Assembly: GCF_013149785.1 (NCBI RefSeq)
Contig: NZ_JABEZU010000002.1
Location: 124,001-188,000 of the forward strand
From: Isoptericola halotolerans
Lineage (GTDB): Bacteria; Actinomycetota; Actinomycetes; Actinomycetales; Cellulomonadaceae
Direction: 5' to 3'
Length of the DNA: 64,000 bases
The stretch's first letter is position 1, and every line of letters begins with the position of its first letter. The notes beneath the pieces are model-generated. The model ran no database searches, had not been told where the DNA came from, and was given only the letters and a program-made list of their open reading frames with translations. Position numbers and translations under genes: made by a program. Of the stretch, positions 28,836-38,112 are shown piece after piece.

Positions 28836-29842
28836 CCAACCTCGACAGCCGCCCCGAGCTGGAGGTCCTCGGGAGCGGGCGGCCCGGCGTCGCCGAGGGG
28901 CACGCAGCCGTCCAGGTCCTGGAACCCCGCCCGGTGGCGCTCGGCGGACCGCGCGCCATGAACGTGCACCGCACGCTGCCCCAGCGGGAGCGGTCGTTGG
29001 TGGGGGCGTGGTGCTTCCTGGACCACTTCGGCCCCGACGACGTCGCCGAGACCGGCGGCATGCTGGTGCCACGGCATCCGCACACCGGGCTGGCGACGGT
29101 GTCCTGGCTGTTCACGGGTCGTGTGGAGCATCTCGACTCCGGCGGGAACGCGGCGTCCGTCGTTCCCGGGTCCCTCAACCTGATGATCGCGGGGCGTGGC
29201 ATCACCCACCAGGAGATCAGCGACCCAGGGACCACGGTCCTGCACGGTGTGCAGCTCTGGTACGCGCTGCCCGAGGAGACACGCTTCGGTGCGAACGCGT
29301 TCGAGCGCTACACGCCGGAGCCCGTCCGGCTGCCGGGGGCGACCGCCCGTGTGTTCCTCGGAGAGCTCCTGGGCTCGGTGTCGCCGGTCGCGACGCGCAC
29401 GCCCGACCTGCTGGGCGCCGAGCTGGTCCTGGAGCCGGGGGGTCGTGCGTCCCTGGACGTCCGACCCGACTTCGAGCACGCCGTGCTCGCCGAGAGCGAC
29501 GAGGTCGTGGTCAACGGGACCACCGTGGGACATCGGTCCCTCGCGTACCTCCCGCCCGGGGCGGACTCGCTGGTCGTCACGGCGGGCGCCGCGGGCGCCC
29601 GGGTGATCCTCCTGGGCGGCGTGCCGCTGGGCGAGCAGATCGTGATGTGGTGGAACTTCGTCGGGCGCGACCACGACGAGATCGCCGCGTTCCGACGCCG
29701 CTACCAGGCGGAGCTCGGGTTCGAGCCCGCCGACCCCCGGGACGCTGGAGCGCCGGAGCTGTTCGGTCCGTTCCCCCCGGGGCAGCCGCGAGCGCTTCCC
29801 GCTCCACCCTTGCCGACCGTCAGGCTGCGCCCGCGGGAGTGA
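28832..29842 (+). CDS. Pirin family protein
   Basis: GAWCFLDHFGP, HPHTGL, HLDS, GITHQE, QLW, MWWNFV; ATGA-coupled. Confidence 0.93.
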   Translation: MTNLDSRPELEVLGSGRPGVAEGHAAVQVLEPRPVALGGPRAMNVHRTLPQRERSLVGAWCFLDHFGPDDVAETGGMLVPRHPHTGLATVSWLFTGRVEHLDSGGNAASVVPGSLNLMIAGRGITHQEISDPGTTVLHGVQLWYALPEETRFGANAFERYTPEPVRLPGATARVFLGELLGSVSPVATRTPDLLGAELVLEPGGRASLDVRPDFEHAVLAESDEVVVNGTTVGHRSLAYLPPGADSLVVTAGAAGARVILLGGVPLGEQIVMWWNFVGRDHDEIAAFRRRYQAELGFEPADPRDAGAPELFGPFPPGQPRALPAPPLPTVRLRPRE

Positions 29843-29896
29843 GATGGGCGACGCGGCGCGGGGACGGCGGAGCGCCGCCGGGGCCGCGGAGCACCG

Positions 29897-30610
29897 TCAG
29901 CCCTGCTGCGCCGCCATGATCTCCACCCCCATCGGCACGGTGGCGTCGTGCACGCCGTCGATCGCGACGAGGGCCTCGGCGACGTACCGCGCGACGTACC
30001 GGGCTCCCGCCGTCGTGTAGTGGGTGTTGTCGTTCGTCAGGTCGGTGCTCACCGGCAGGCCTGCCTCGGCGGCGGCGCCGTGCGGGAACAGGGCGGCCGA
30101 CGCCGTCGCGCCGAGCCAGGCGTACAGCCAGCGGGTGAAGATCGTGAGGTCGATCAGCGGCACGTGCCGCTCGGCGGCGAGCGACCGCACGGCGGCGGGG
30201 TACGCGCCGTGCGACCAGCGCAGCGACCCGTCCGCCTCGAACCAGCGACGTTCGACGCTCGTGGCCAGGACGGGCCGTGCCCCGGCGTCGCGCACCTCGG
30301 TGACGAACTCGTCCAGCCGGCGCCGGTACCCGCCGTCGGCGGCCAGCTCGCCGGGGTGCTTCTGGTCGTTGTGCCCGAACTGGATGACGACGGTGTCGCC
30401 AGGGCGCAGCGCGTCGGTCACGCGAGCCCAGTGCCCCTCCTCGCGGAAGGACCGCGTGGTCGCGCCGCCGACCGCGGTGTTGTGGACCTCGTCGTCGACC
30501 AGCGGGGCGAGCTCGTCCCCCCAGCCCAGCAGCGGGATCTCCGGGTGACCCGAGGTCGCACCGTGGTCGGTCGGGGCGACGGTCGAGTCGCCGGCAAGAT
30601 GGATCGTCAT
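29897..30610 (-). CDS. Rhamnogalacturonan acetylesterase-like SGNH/GDSL esterase
   Basis: LAGDST, GWG, GGATTRSF, IQFGHND, DNTH; GGAGG RBS. Confidence 0.9.
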   Translation of the reverse strand: MTIHLAGDSTVAPTDHGATSGHPEIPLLGWGDELAPLVDDEVHNTAVGGATTRSFREEGHWARVTDALRPGDTVVIQFGHNDQKHPGELAADGGYRRRLDEFVTEVRDAGARPVLATSVERRWFEADGSLRWSHGAYPAAVRSLAAERHVPLIDLTIFTRWLYAWLGATASAALFPHGAAAEAGLPVSTDLTNDNTHYTTAGARYVARYVAEALVAIDGVHDATVPMGVEIMAAQQG

Positions 30611-30627
30611 CGGTCCTCCGGTCGGTC

Positions 30628-30639
30628 TGAATCGATCCA
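30628..30639. promoter_or_regulatory. Candidate LacI-family operator upstream of the esterase
   Basis: TGAATCGATCCA near-palindrome with central CG. Confidence 0.55.
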
Positions 30640-30668
30640 AACCTAGGGTCGGCACCACCGCCCGTCAA

Positions 30669-31445
30669 TCACACGTCGGTGAGCCGGTGCCACTGCCGGG
30701 TGACCACGGCGATCCCCACCGGTGCCACCGCCGCCGTCAGCAGCAGCCCCGCCGGCCCGATGCCGGCCGCCGCCTCGGCGCCGCCCATCCCGGTCCACAG
30801 CGACGGCACGGCGTAGGGGAACCAGGAGCCGCCGCCCACGAGCACCACCATCTGGGTCAGGGCGACGACGCCGATCAGCGCGCCGACCGTGGCCAGCGGG
30901 CTCCGGGTCGCCGTCGCCACGGCGGCGAACGGCACGCCGAGGCCGGCACCGAGCATCCCGGCGGCGAGCCCGCGGCCCGCCGCCGCCCAGGCCTCGGGCC
31001 CGAGACCGGAGGACGTCACCGCGGCCAGTGCTGCCGTGATCCCCAGGGCCGGCACGACGCAGGCGAGCGCCCGTCCCAGCACCACCAGGCAGCGCGCCGC
31101 CGCGATGGTCGGGCGGGGCGTCGCGAGCCCGAAGCAGGCCCCGGCCCGCCCGTCGGCGAGCGGCTGCCCGAACGTCGCGGCGAGCGCGAAGCCGACCGCG
31201 ATCAGCATCGACACCGAGAGGATCTGACCGGCGGCGGCGAGCTGGGTCGTCGCGAGGTCGCCGGTCGCGTAGGGCTCCAGCTTGGCTGCGCCCGCACCGA
31301 CCACCGTCCCGGAGCGGGCGAGGGCCGTCAGGCCGACGGCGGCCAGCGGCACCAGGACGAGCACCAGCGCTGTGGACAGCCGCTGCACCGTGGAGCGACG
31401 CCACGCCAGCGCCTCCACCCGCAGGGCGGTGCCGAGGGCGGTCAT
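30669..31445 (-). CDS. ABC-2 type exporter permease
   Basis: About 6 TM helices, WFPYAVP; coupled to the ATPase. Confidence 0.82.
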   Translation of the reverse strand: MTALGTALRVEALAWRRSTVQRLSTALVLVLVPLAAVGLTALARSGTVVGAGAAKLEPYATGDLATTQLAAAGQILSVSMLIAVGFALAATFGQPLADGRAGACFGLATPRPTIAAARCLVVLGRALACVVPALGITAALAAVTSSGLGPEAWAAAGRGLAAGMLGAGLGVPFAAVATATRSPLATVGALIGVVALTQMVVLVGGGSWFPYAVPSLWTGMGGAEAAAGIGPAGLLLTAAVAPVGIAVVTRQWHRLTDV

Positions 31446-32161
31446 GCGTCCGCCTCGGCGTCCGCCGCGAGCACCATCGCGAAGAACCGCCGCTCCATCT
31501 CGTCGCCCGGCGCCAGCTCGCCGACCACCCGCCCGCCGTGCACGACGACGACGCGGTCGGCCACGCGGGCGACCTCGTCCAGGTGGTGGCTGGAGACGAG
31601 CACGGCCGCGCCGTCGTCGGCCAGCGACCGCACCAGCTCGCGGACGAGGACGACGCCGCGGGGGTCGAGCGCCGAGGTGGGCTCGTCGAGCACGAGCGCG
31701 GACGGTGAGTGCGCCACCGCGCAGGCGATCCCGAGGCGTTGGGCGTTGCCCGCGGACAGCGTGCGGGCCGGGGCGTCGGCCCAGGCGTCCAGGTCCAGGC
31801 GGTGCACGACGTCGGCGCTCGCGTGCTCGACGTCGGCGCGTGGCAGGCCGTGCAGCGACGCGGCGCTGCGCAGGTTCTCGACCACGGTGAGGTCACCGGA
31901 GACCAGCGCGGCGCCGACGACGTGACCGAACCGCCGTGCCGTCGTCGGCCGCATCGTGGCCGGGTCCTCGCCGAGTACGCGGGCCGTGCCCCGGTCCGGG
32001 CGGAGCCGGCCGGTCAGGACGCGCAGCGCCGTCGTCTTGCCGGCGCCGTTGAGGCCGACCATGGCCACGACCTCGCCGTGAGCCGCGGCGAACGAGAGCC
32101 CGGTGAGGGCGTCCCGGTCCCCGAAGCGGTGCCCCGCCTGGTGCAGGGGCAGGGCGCTCAT
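31442..32161 (-). CDS. ABC exporter ATP-binding protein
   Basis: GLNGAGKT, LSAGNAQRL, LDEPTSALDP, SSHHL; start MSALPLH. Confidence 0.9.
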   Translation of the reverse strand: MSALPLHQAGHRFGDRDALTGLSFAAAHGEVVAMVGLNGAGKTTALRVLTGRLRPDRGTARVLGEDPATMRPTTARRFGHVVGAALVSGDLTVVENLRSAASLHGLPRADVEHASADVVHRLDLDAWADAPARTLSAGNAQRLGIACAVAHSPSALVLDEPTSALDPRGVVLVRELVRSLADDGAAVLVSSHHLDEVARVADRVVVVHGGRVVGELAPGDEMERRFFAMVLAADAEADA

Positions 32162-32715
32162 GGCGTCTCGCCGAGCACGTCGAGCGCGCGGGTCACGACG
32201 GCGCCGAGGTCGGCGTCCGCCGGCATCGCGAAGAGGGCGGCGGTGCAGGCGCCGAGGCACGCAGCGGCGGCGACCGCCGCGTCGAGGTGCGGCACGCCGT
32301 CGTCGACCAGGGCGTCGGTGATGGCGCGCTCGGTGTCGTACGTGGCGAGGACGACGGCGGCGCGCAGCGCGGGGCTCGCCGCGACCAGCCGGACCCGGCG
32401 CACCGCGGTGGCGTGCTCGACCGGCTCGATGGTGCCGAGCGCGGCGAGCATGCCGCGCCGCACGCGCTCGACCGCCGGGAGGTCCCGCGGCTGGGCGGCG
32501 ACCGCCTCGGCGAGGAGCGGGTCGTAGGGGTCGGAGACCAGCACGGCGTCCTTGGTGGGGAAGTGCCGGAAGAACGTCATCGGCGTGATGCCTGCCGCGG
32601 CGGCGATCTGGGCCACGGTGGTGCCGTCGTAGCCCTGTCGCTCGAAGAGGTCGAGCGCGGCATCGAGGACGCGGGCGCGGGTGCGCAGCGCCCGGGGTGT
32701 CGCAGGGGTGGTCAC
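32158..32715 (-). CDS. TetR family transcriptional regulator
   Basis: AALDLFERQGYDGTTVAQIAAAAGITPMTFFRHFPTK. Confidence 0.93.
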   Translation of the reverse strand: MTTPATPRALRTRARVLDAALDLFERQGYDGTTVAQIAAAAGITPMTFFRHFPTKDAVLVSDPYDPLLAEAVAAQPRDLPAVERVRRGMLAALGTIEPVEHATAVRRVRLVAASPALRAAVVLATYDTERAITDALVDDGVPHLDAAVAAAACLGACTAALFAMPADADLGAVVTRALDVLGETP

Positions 32716-32720
32716 GTCTC

Positions 32721-32739
32721 AATGTTAGTGACTAACATT
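32721..32739. promoter_or_regulatory. TetR operator
   Basis: Perfect AATGTTAGT-G-ACTAACATT directly before the tetR start. Confidence 0.8.
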
Positions 32740-32811
32740 TGCGGTGTCGAGGGGGCGACGGCGGTGGAGCAGGTGGTGTCCCTGTCGGCGTCGGCGTCTA
32801 TCGTGGCGTGC

Positions 32812-35487
32812 GTGACCACCGCCCTGTACCGCCGCTACCGGCCCGAGACGTTCGCCGAGGTGATCGGCCAGGAGCACGTCACCGCGCCGCTCATGCAGGC
32901 GCTGCGCAGCGGGCGTGTCAACCACGCCTACCTGTTCTCCGGTCCGCGCGGCTGCGGCAAGACGACGTCGGCACGCATCCTCGCCCGCACCCTCAACTGC
33001 GCCAGCAACACCCCCGAGAAGCCGCTCGACACCCCCTGCGGGGAGTGCCCCTCCTGCGTCGAGCTGGCGCGCGGCGGCTCGGGCTCGCTCGACGTCGTCG
33101 AGATCGACGCCGCGTCGCACAACGGCGTCGACGACGCCCGCGACCTGCGCGAGCGCGCCACGTTCGCGCCCGCGCGCGACCGGTACAAGATCTTCATCCT
33201 CGACGAGGCCCACATGGTCACCCAGCAGGGCTTCAACGCGCTGCTGAAGATCGTCGAGGAGCCGCCCCCGCACATCAAGTTCGTGTTCGCCACGACGGAG
33301 CCCGACAAGGTCATCGGGACGATCCGCTCGCGCACCCACCACTACCCGTTCCGGCTCGTGCCGCCGGACGTCCTGGGCCCGTACCTCGAGGAGCTGTGCG
33401 GCGCCGAGGGCGTCGAGGTCGGCGGAGGAGTGGTGCCCCTGGTCACGCGCGCCGGCGGCGGCTCCGTGCGGGACTCGCTGTCCGTCATGGACCAGCTCAT
33501 CGCCGGGGCGACCGGCGGCTCGGTCGGGTACGACACCGCCGTGAACCTGCTCGGGTTCACCCACGCGACCCTGCTCGACGACGTCGTCGACGCCCTCGCC
33601 GCGCGCGACGGCGCCTCGATCTTCCGGGTCGTCGACCAGGTCATCGCCACCGGGCACGAGCCACGGCGGTTCGTCGAGGACATCCTCGAACGCCTGCGCG
33701 ACCTGGTGGTCATCGCCGTCTCCGGGGACGCCGCCGAGGCGGTGCTGCGAGGTCTGCCCGCCGACCAGCTCGAACGCATGACCGAGCAGGCCTCCCACCT
33801 CGGGCTGGCCGAGCTCTCCCGCGCGGCGGACCTCGTCAACTCGGCGCTCACCGAGATGACCGGTGCCACGTCACCGCGCCTGCACCTGGAGCTGCTCTGT
33901 GCCCGGCTGCTGCTGCCCGGCGCCGACCACGGCACCGACGGCCTGGCCGCCCGCATCGACCGGCTCGAGCGCGGTGCGATCGCCGCCGACCCGGGTGGCG
34001 TCCCTGCCGCCGCGGGCGAGCGGCCCGCCCCGACCACCCCGGGGCCGTCGCACCCGAGGCCGACGGCGGCACCGACGCCCGGCGCGGACGCCGGCGACGG
34101 GACGGGCGCGGCCGGATCGCTCTCCGGTGCCGCGGCCGCCCGCGCCGCGCTGCGCCAGAGCAGGCGACCCGTGGCCCGGGACGCCACGGCCTCGGCCTCG
34201 TCGGCTGCCGACGTCCCGGCGCGGGCGGTGACTCCGGAGGTCCCGGGTGCGGCGCCCGCGCAGGTGTCGGCGTCGTCGCCCGCGGAGCCGTCGCAGCCGG
34301 CGGCGGAGAAGCCCGGCGAGCCGCCGGCCGCCGAGCCGGCCGGACCGGCGACCGCGGAGCCGACCGGGCCGCAGGCAGCCCAGCCGGCCGTGCCGGCACC
34401 AGCACGGGGCGATCACCCGCTGGGGCCGGTCACGACGTCGGTGGAGGAACCGGTCGCGTCGCCGCGTGACTCCTCGGCTGAGACCGCCGCGGACCCTGTC
34501 TCCGAGCGTTCCCCCGAACGCGTCGAGCAGCCACCCGCGCCCGCGCAGCCCGTCGCGGAGGCGGCCGCGCCGGCAGGGCCGGCCGAGGTCACGGCCGAGC
34601 TGGTCCGACGCCGCTGGGACGAGGTGGTGGCGAACCTCTCCAGCCCGGTGACGCGTGCCCTCGTCGGGCCCAACGCCCAGGTGGCCTCGTTGTCCGCAGG
34701 GGTGCTGACGATCGCCTTCGACGCCGAGGGGATGGCGCGCGCGTTCTCCGCGCAGCCCCGTCACGTCGACGCGGTGGTCGACGCCGTCTTCCAGACCCTC
34801 GGCGTGCAGGTGCGCCTCGAGACCACCGTGGGTGCGCCCGCACCCGCCGCGAGCCCTGCGCCGGCGCGGCCGAGCGCGCCCGAGCTCACGGCGCCGGCCA
34901 CAGGCGGCCAGGAGCCGGCCACCCCCGACACCGGTTCCCCCGGCACCGGTTCCCCCGGCACCGACGCTCCCGACGTCGATGCCCCCGACGACCCGTGGCC
35001 GGACGTTCCCGTACCCGGGGGCCCCGGCGCCGGTCCGCAGGGCTCGGCCCGGCCGGCCCCGGCGGGGCAGCCTGAGCAGTCGGCGCAGCCGGTCCCGCCA
35101 GCGCAGCCAGATCACTCGGCGCAGTCGGCTGCCGACGCCGCCGACGCGGCCTGGCTCGCGGGGCCGTCGGCCTCGCCGGACGGTGCGTCGCCCCCGGCGG
35201 GCTCGGTCTCCGCCGCCGCACCGACCGCCACCCCTGCTGCCACCTCGCAGCAGACCGCCGCGCCGTCGTCCCCTGCCCAGACTCCACGCCAGGCGGCCGA
35301 ACAGGCGGCGGCAGCCTCCCGTGAGCGGGAGCGCGAGGAGTCCGAGAAGACCCGGCCGGCAGCCGGCGGCTTCGACGACGCCTCGGACGACGACCCGGAC
35401 ATCTCCTCCACGGGACTGATGGGGGTGCCGCTGGTCGTCAAGGTGCTGGACGGCACGGTGGTCGACGAGGTCGTCGACCAGCCGTGA
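32812..35487 (+). CDS. dnaX: DNA polymerase III subunit gamma/tau
   Basis: ALYRRYRPETF, SGPRGCGKT, EIDAAS, DEAHM, SRT; long Pro/Ala linkers; -10 TATCGT before GTG 32812. Confidence 0.96.
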   Translation: MTTALYRRYRPETFAEVIGQEHVTAPLMQALRSGRVNHAYLFSGPRGCGKTTSARILARTLNCASNTPEKPLDTPCGECPSCVELARGGSGSLDVVEIDAASHNGVDDARDLRERATFAPARDRYKIFILDEAHMVTQQGFNALLKIVEEPPPHIKFVFATTEPDKVIGTIRSRTHHYPFRLVPPDVLGPYLEELCGAEGVEVGGGVVPLVTRAGGGSVRDSLSVMDQLIAGATGGSVGYDTAVNLLGFTHATLLDDVVDALAARDGASIFRVVDQVIATGHEPRRFVEDILERLRDLVVIAVSGDAAEAVLRGLPADQLERMTEQASHLGLAELSRAADLVNSALTEMTGATSPRLHLELLCARLLLPGADHGTDGLAARIDRLERGAIAADPGGVPAAAGERPAPTTPGPSHPRPTAAPTPGADAGDGTGAAGSLSGAAAARAALRQSRRPVARDATASASSAADVPARAVTPEVPGAAPAQVSASSPAEPSQPAAEKPGEPPAAEPAGPATAEPTGPQAAQPAVPAPARGDHPLGPVTTSVEEPVASPRDSSAETAADPVSERSPERVEQPPAPAQPVAEAAAPAGPAEVTAELVRRRWDEVVANLSSPVTRALVGPNAQVASLSAGVLTIAFDAEGMARAFSAQPRHVDAVVDAVFQTLGVQVRLETTVGAPAPAASPAPARPSAPELTAPATGGQEPATPDTGSPGTGSPGTDAPDVDAPDDPWPDVPVPGGPGAGPQGSARPAPAGQPEQSAQPVPPAQPDHSAQSAADAADAAWLAGPSASPDGASPPAGSVSAAAPTATPAATSQQTAAPSSPAQTPRQAAEQAAAASREREREESEKTRPAAGGFDDASDDDPDISSTGLMGVPLVVKVLDGTVVDEVVDQP

Positions 35488-36278
35488 CGACCATCCACGT
35501 CGTCGCCGCGGTGATCGTGCGCGACGGCAGGTTCCTCCTCGTGCGCAAGCGCGGCACCAGCGCGTTCATGCAGGTCGGCGGCAAGCTCGAACCGGGAGAG
35601 GACGCGCGGGCGGCGCTGGTGCGCGAGTGCGCCGAGGAGATCGGCCTCGTCGTCGACCCCGACGCCGTGGTGCCGTGGGGCCGGTTCGACGCGCCCGCTG
35701 CCAACGAGGCGGACCACACGGTGGTCGCGGACGTCTTCGCCGTCGAGCTCCCGGCCGGGTTCGATCCGGAGCCGCGTGCCGAGCTGGCGGAGGTCGTCTG
35801 GGTCGACCCGGCCGCGCCGGTGACGACGCACCCGGTCGCCGCGCTCTCGGTCGACCTGCTGGAGCGGGCGGTGCGGCAGCTCCGCTCAGCACCCGCGCAC
35901 CGACCCCCCGACGGAGCGCCTCGTCGGCCCGGCGCACCGCTGACCCCGCACGAGACGGCGCTGCTGGAGCGGATCTGTGCGGGCACCTGGCGAGGGGCCG
36001 CGGAGGCCCGGGCGCAGCTCGCGCACGCGCGCTGGGGCGGCAAGGACCACGAGGGGGACGCGTGCTTCGTCCTCGACGTCCCGACCGAGGTGGGCCTGCC
36101 GAGGATCCCGCCGCACGACGGCGGCCCGATCGCCGAGCTCGAGGTCGCCGACGGCGAGACGCCGCTGGGCATGCTCGAGCTCTGGGTCGAGGACGGCGTC
36201 CTGCACTCGTTGGACTACTCCACCTACGGCGACGACACCGTCGAGACGCTGCCCGGGCTGCACCAGATCGTGGAGTAG
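35484..36278 (+). CDS. NUDIX hydrolase fused to an uncharacterised C-terminal domain
   Basis: GGKLEPGEDARAALVRECAEEIG Nudix box; second domain from about PLTPHETALLE; GTGA-coupled to dnaX. Confidence 0.82.
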   Translation: MTTIHVVAAVIVRDGRFLLVRKRGTSAFMQVGGKLEPGEDARAALVRECAEEIGLVVDPDAVVPWGRFDAPAANEADHTVVADVFAVELPAGFDPEPRAELAEVVWVDPAAPVTTHPVAALSVDLLERAVRQLRSAPAHRPPDGAPRRPGAPLTPHETALLERICAGTWRGAAEARAQLAHARWGGKDHEGDACFVLDVPTEVGLPRIPPHDGGPIAELEVADGETPLGMLELWVEDGVLHSLDYSTYGDDTVETLPGLHQIVE

Positions 36279-36291
36279 CCCACGGCCGCCT

Positions 36292-36358
36292 TGCCACGAA
36301 CGTCTCTGTTCGTCAGGATCCGACCGTCTGATCCTGACGAACAGAGACGCTCGTGGCA
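36292..36358. repeat. 29-bp inverted repeat (REP-like or terminator)
   Basis: TGCCACGAACGTCTCTGTTCGTCAGGATC-N9-GATCCTGACGAACAGAGACGCTCGTGGCA, one mismatch. Confidence 0.85.
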
Positions 36359-36379
36359 GCGGTGCGGCACACTGGCCCC

Positions 36380-37978
36380 GTGCCGACGACGACACCCGCC
36401 CCCGCATCCTCACTCCGGCTTCCCCGGGCCACCCCTGAGTCCCAGGGGGTGGACCCCGCCGCGCTGGCGCGACTCGTCGAGACGCTCGACGGCATCCGCG
36501 ACGTGCACAGCCTCATGGTGCTGCGCCATGGTGCGGTGGTCGCCGAGGAGTGGTGGCACCCTTACCGGCCCGACGAGCCGCACGTCATGTTCTCGGTGTC
36601 CAAGTCCTTCACCGCCACCGCGCTAGGCCTCGCTGTCGCCGACGGCTTGCTCACCACCGACGACCGCGTCATCGACCTGCTGCCCGACGACGCCCCCGAC
36701 GACCCGGGCGAGCACCTCGCGGCCATGACCGTGCGGGACCTGCTGACGATGACGTCCGGCCACGGCACCGACACGATGAACTTCACCCTGACGAACCTGC
36801 ACGTGCCCGGTGCGGGCTGGGCGCGGGCGATCCTCGCCGCGCCGGTGACCCACGAGCCCGGGACGCACTTCGTCTACAACACCGGTGCCACCTACCTCCT
36901 CTCGGCGATCCTGCACCGCCTGACGGGCGGGCGGCTCCTCGACTACCTCACCCCGCGCCTGCTCACCCCGCTGGGGATCGTCGGCGCCACGTGGGAGCAG
37001 TGCCCCCGGGGCATCGACGTCGGCGGGTACGGGATGCGGCTGACCACCGAGGACCTCGCGGCGTTCGGTCAGCTCCTGCTGCAGCGTGGCTCCTGGCAGG
37101 GCGAACAGCTCGTGCCCGCCGCATGGGTCGACGAGATGACGGCGGCCCAGGTGCCCAACGGTCCCGACCGGAGCCCGGACTGGGAGCAGGGCTACGGCTA
37201 CCAGTTCTGGCGCTGCCGCGACGGCGCGTACCGGGCCGACGGCGCGTTCGGGCAGTTCTGCGTGGTGCGGCCTGACCGCGACGCCGTCGTCGTCCTCACC
37301 TCCGGGACGACCGTCACGGACGTCGAGCTGGAAGCCGTCCTCGCCACGATCGACGAGGCGTTCGGCGAGGTGCCCGACGGCGGCACCCCACCCCCGCCGA
37401 GCGCACCGGACAGCACGGCCCCGGCCGCGCAGGCGGCGGGGACGGCGCCGTCGCGTGGCGACCTGGTCGTCGCGATGCCGCAGGGCCGGGTCTCCTCGCC
37501 GCTGGCGGCGATGGTCGACGGCGCGGCGTTCGTCCTGGCCGAGGGCGCCGTCGAGCCCGCGGACGGGTCGCCGGACAGCGGTCCCGACGCCGGGAGCCCG
37601 GACACGGCGGGCCGGTCGTTCCTGCGCTGGCACGCGATCGCCGTCCGCCACGCAGGCGGCGCGCACGGTGACGAGATCGAGCTCGCCTGGACCCGCGCGC
37701 ACGACGGGCCCTGGCACGCGGTGCGGTGCGGTGTCGGGCGCTGGGTGCTGGGCCGTGCCGAGGTCGTCGACGACGAGGTGCCGGTCGCGGGGGCGGCGGC
37801 GTGGACGTCGGACCGGGAGCTGTCGGTGCGGTTGCTCTGGCGCGGCACGCCGTTCGCCCTGGACGTCCGCCTGGTGTTCGGCGGGGACGGGGAGGGGCGC
37901 ACCGTCGAGGTCGCCGTGGACCAGAACGTGTCCTTCGGGCCCACGGTGCTGCTGCGGGCGACCGGCCTCGGAGCGTGA
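36380..37978 (+). CDS. Serine hydrolase, beta-lactamase class C-like
   Basis: FSVSKS (SxxK), DLLTMTSG, FVYNT (YxN-like), YGYQFW, DGAFGQ. Confidence 0.88.
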   Translation: MPTTTPAPASSLRLPRATPESQGVDPAALARLVETLDGIRDVHSLMVLRHGAVVAEEWWHPYRPDEPHVMFSVSKSFTATALGLAVADGLLTTDDRVIDLLPDDAPDDPGEHLAAMTVRDLLTMTSGHGTDTMNFTLTNLHVPGAGWARAILAAPVTHEPGTHFVYNTGATYLLSAILHRLTGGRLLDYLTPRLLTPLGIVGATWEQCPRGIDVGGYGMRLTTEDLAAFGQLLLQRGSWQGEQLVPAAWVDEMTAAQVPNGPDRSPDWEQGYGYQFWRCRDGAYRADGAFGQFCVVRPDRDAVVVLTSGTTVTDVELEAVLATIDEAFGEVPDGGTPPPPSAPDSTAPAAQAAGTAPSRGDLVVAMPQGRVSSPLAAMVDGAAFVLAEGAVEPADGSPDSGPDAGSPDTAGRSFLRWHAIAVRHAGGAHGDEIELAWTRAHDGPWHAVRCGVGRWVLGRAEVVDDEVPVAGAAAWTSDRELSVRLLWRGTPFALDVRLVFGGDGEGRTVEVAVDQNVSFGPTVLLRATGLGA

Positions 37979-37983
37979 CCACC

Positions 37984-38069
37984 TGACAGATGTCATGCCC
38001 GGACCGTGCGGACCTCACGCCGTCCGGTGACCGGTGGCACCGGACGGGGCGTCCCGGGCAGGGCAGACT
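37984..38069 (+). promoter_or_regulatory. Candidate NarL/DesR-type response-regulator boxes and promoter
   Basis: TGACA-GA-TGTCA (37984), a degenerate box near 38007, TGACC-GG-TGGCA (38028); -10 CAGACT at 38064. Confidence 0.6.
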
Positions 38070-38112
38070 CGTCCCATGACGATCCGACCGGCGAGCGTGG
38101 CAGGCTGACGCC

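Noticed and set aside
33960..35400. Programmed frameshift or intein in the long dnaX
   Set aside because: No A-AAA-AAG or poly-A slippery site and no intein motifs seen; the extra length is Pro/Ala linker, including a 15-bp duplication (TGSPG x2) near 34930.
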